Assembly: GCF_001194135.2 (NCBI RefSeq)
Contig: NC_069004.1
Span: 49,805 to 88,629 of the forward strand
Source of the DNA: Octopus bimaculoides
Lineage: Eukaryota
Reading direction: 5' to 3'
Length of the DNA stretch: 38,825 nt
The position numbers and the translations under genes were made by a program. The number at the start of each line of letters is the position of its first letter. Positions within the stretch are counted from its first letter, which is position 1. Of this stretch, positions 35,685 through 38,825 are shown piece by piece. The notes beneath the pieces are model-generated. The model did no database searches, was not told where the DNA came from, and saw only the letters and a program-made list of their open reading frames with translations.

Positions 35685-35905
35685 TTCCTCTGTTATACGT
35701 TTCAGTCATTGGACTTCGGTCATGCTGGAGCGCCGCCTTGAAGGATCGAATCGAACAAATGTAGCACAGCGCTTGTTACGGGGGTAAATAAAACCCGATG
35801 CTTATTCCAGCCGGGTTATTTTTTTATTTTTTTGCCAAATCACTATGTTACGGGGGGGGGGCGTAAACTGACCAGCGCTGTTTGTCAGGCGATGGTGGCG
35901 GAGAT
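35685..35905 (-). mobile_element. SINE family A 3' fragment, degenerate (another tail fragment at ~36320-36420)
   Basis: gtttcagtcattggacttcggtcatgctggagcgccgccttgaagg core. Confidence 0.7.
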
Positions 35906-36269
35906 GCACAGACACACAAACAAACACACATATGTATTGATATATGTATATATATAAATAAATACACATATACATATATGTGTGTGTATATATATATATA
36001 TATAGGTGCGTGTATATAAATATGTATATATAGTTGTGCGTTTATATGTGAATATATAGGTATATGCACACACACACACACAAATCATTTAAAAATCTAA
36101 TCAACGCAAATCTACCGAATGATATGCAAATTAGTATACCCATTATAGCTAATTACTAGTTTGTGTTTGATTTAAATAACTACGAATATTCTCCACCCAA
36201 AGAAAGGTGAAAGGTGTTTGTTCATTGAATGGTGGTCGACACTTATCGAATATATAAATGCATTTGGAT

Positions 36270-36300
<31 letters not shown>

Positions 36301-36528
36301 CAAACACACACATATTCTTTATTACGTTTCAGCCTTGAGGCTGTTGTGGCCTTGCTGGAGCACCGCCAATATTATCACTTTTCAGTGGACACGCTTATGT
36401 GAATGGCTTTTTTGTGAAGTGGAGGAGGTCGAAACTGTGATATATTAAAATATTCATATATTTTGATATATAGCCGTAAATATACACGTATTTGGATACA
36501 TATCTATGATTGTATTTCAATATATGTG

Positions 36529-36561
<33 letters not shown>

Positions 36562-37067
36562 ATTTCAATATGTGCATATGCATTTCTATATATNNNNNNN
36601 NNNNNNNNNNNNNNNNNNNNNNNNNNNNNNNNNNNNNNNNNNNNNNNNNNNNNNNNNNNNNNNNNNNNNNNNNNNNNNNNNNNNNNNNNNNNNNNNATAT
36701 ATATATATATACTTATATTGGACTGTATGTAAATATATGTACATATCTGTGTTCGCATCTATATACGTATACCTGAGTAGAATTCAACACACTTATATTT
36801 TATCAGATATACGCATACGTGTGTGTGTGTACATATGTGTGTGTGTATATATATATAATTTGTATATGTACGTGTCTGTATATATAAATGTCAAACCACA
36901 TATGTATATCTGTCACTGACTGAGTACCTAAACGTATGTATATATCTTGATATGTCATCTTATATGTATGTTTATCAGTGTAATGAGATATACTGCGTGT
37001 ACGTATATATACATACACACACATACGCACAGTTATACATTCATACACACACACATATATGTATATA

Positions 37068-37127
<60 letters not shown>

Positions 37128-37443
37128 TATACACATGGGTATAGAGATATGTGTATATGTGAATGTATATATATTCAGAGAACTGCCCTGTCTGTGTATA
37201 TATTTCTGTATATCTAGCGCGAAATCTTTGTTTATATTAATGTATCCAAATAGACGGGTATATATAGACGTAGAAATATATAAACTTGGTTCATGTCGCA
37301 AGATACATGTGTATATATGTATATAAAACTGTCTAGTTTTTTTATGAGAGCGTTGAAAGGAAATAGATTCACATTTGTGAGAAAGTATGAGAGCTTAGGT
37401 CTGTGGATGTGTGCATGTGTCTCCATAAATAGATATGGATGTG

Positions 37444-37481
<38 letters not shown>

Positions 37482-37647
37482 TACATATATTTGTATGCAT
37501 GTATTCATATGCATGAGTATATTCATGTGTAGATATAGATATATGTATATATAATATATATCTATGTAATATATATATATATGCATGTATGTATATATAA
37601 ACACATACGCACGCACACGTACACCAACACATGAATGTATAACATAT

Positions 37648-37701
<54 letters not shown>

Positions 37702-37996
37702 CATATATATATATATTATATACATACATATGTACCTATATATACATGCNNNNNNNNNNNNNNNNNNNNNNNNNNNNNNNNNNNNNNNNNNNNNNNNNNN
37801 NNNNNNNNNNNNNNNNNNNNNNNNNNNNNNNNNNNNNNNNNNNNNNNNNNNNNNNNNNNNNNNNNNNNNNNNNNNNNNNNNNNNNNNNNNNNNNNNNNNN
37901 NNNNNNNNNNNNNNNNNNNNNNNNNNNNNNNNNNNNNNNNNNNNNNNNNNNNNNNNNNNNNNNNNNNNNNNNNNNNNNNNNNNNNNNNNNNNNNNN

Positions 37997-38039
<43 letters not shown>

Positions 38040-38484
38040 ATGCGTACATATATAAGTGAGTGCCTGATTTTTTTATGAATGCGTGTGTACTTTGAGTATT
38101 TCACAAACACACACGCCCCCCGCCCTCCTAGGATTCTATTAACTCTTCAATAATGGAAATCCCAAACACATTTATCTTTCACTCAGGAAATTCCTTCGTC
38201 TCTCGAAGAATTGGCAAAACTGATAATATCCTCGATTAAGCATTTCCTGCATTTCTTGTCTTTTACTTTTTCTCTCTCCAATGATGGAGTATTTAGATTG
38301 CGAGGAATTTCTTACTCCATACGATCCACATGCTCATCTATTCTGGAAACAGCTGTAAGGCACCCTACGTAGTCTACATAACTACTTTGCACGATGTTTG
38401 TATTATAAATTCTAAATTAAATCTTCCTGAATGATGCCAAATGTTTTGCTTGTTCATTATCCCTTATAACGTATACAGGCATAG

Positions 38485-38704
38485 ATACTGATTTCAAAAT
38501 TCGGCACAAAGCCAGCAATTTCGGAACAGGAGTTAAGTCGATTACATCGACCCCAGTGCTCGTCCAGTAATTATTTTATCGACCCCGAAACGATGAGAGG
38601 CAGAGTCGATCTCGGCGGAATTTGATCTTAGAATGTAAAGATGGACAAAATGCCGTTAAGCATTTTGACCGGATGTGCTAAAGAGTCTGCCAGCTCACCG
38701 CCTT
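38485..38704 (-). mobile_element. SINE family B, near full length
   Basis: gtcgattacatcgaccccagtg...ttattttatcgaccccgaa...ggcggaatttga...gtctgccagctcaccgcctt; homologous to 1962-2183. Confidence 0.8.
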
Positions 38705-38737
38705 CTATGCACACATATTGATGTCAAGAAGGACATG

Positions 38738-38781
<44 letters not shown>

Positions 38782-38783
38782 CA

Positions 38784-38825
<42 letters not shown>

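Noticed and set aside
11000-38825. Apparent minus-strand bias of SINE insertions
   Set aside because: Most large copies are on -, but + oriented tail fragments exist (~21530, ~24690) and the sample is small.

Overview
Eukaryotic, AT-rich, microsatellite- and SINE-dense draft genomic sequence with 12 N-gaps. The repeat content resembles a cephalopod genome (Octopus-like; this is inference). I can support parts of two protein-coding genes. (1) Five 3' coding exons of an MPND (JAMM/MPN+ domain) orthologue on the + strand (4745-9613). They have canonical splice sites and consistent phases; one expected exon probably lies in gap 8160-8493, and the 5' exons were not found. (2) The first coding exon of an sFRP1/2/5-type secreted frizzled-related protein on the - strand (33576-34209: signal peptide plus complete 10-Cys CRD); its NTR-domain exons are not visible in the window. 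The rest is intronic or intergenic: tRNA-derived SINEs, RTE and R4/Dong-like LINE fragments, a mariner transposase fossil, hAT- and piggyBac-like MITEs, and mini/microsatellites. Nearly all other entries in the ORF track are artefacts of repeats or N-runs. The most notable signals are CpG decay concentrated in repeats inside MPND (a possible fossil of gene-body methylation), several fold-back structures (a TTCG/CGAA array, a 121-bp inverted repeat, a hairpin MITE beside the JAMM exon donor), and the missing sFRP NTR exons. I found no clear new multi-gene system.
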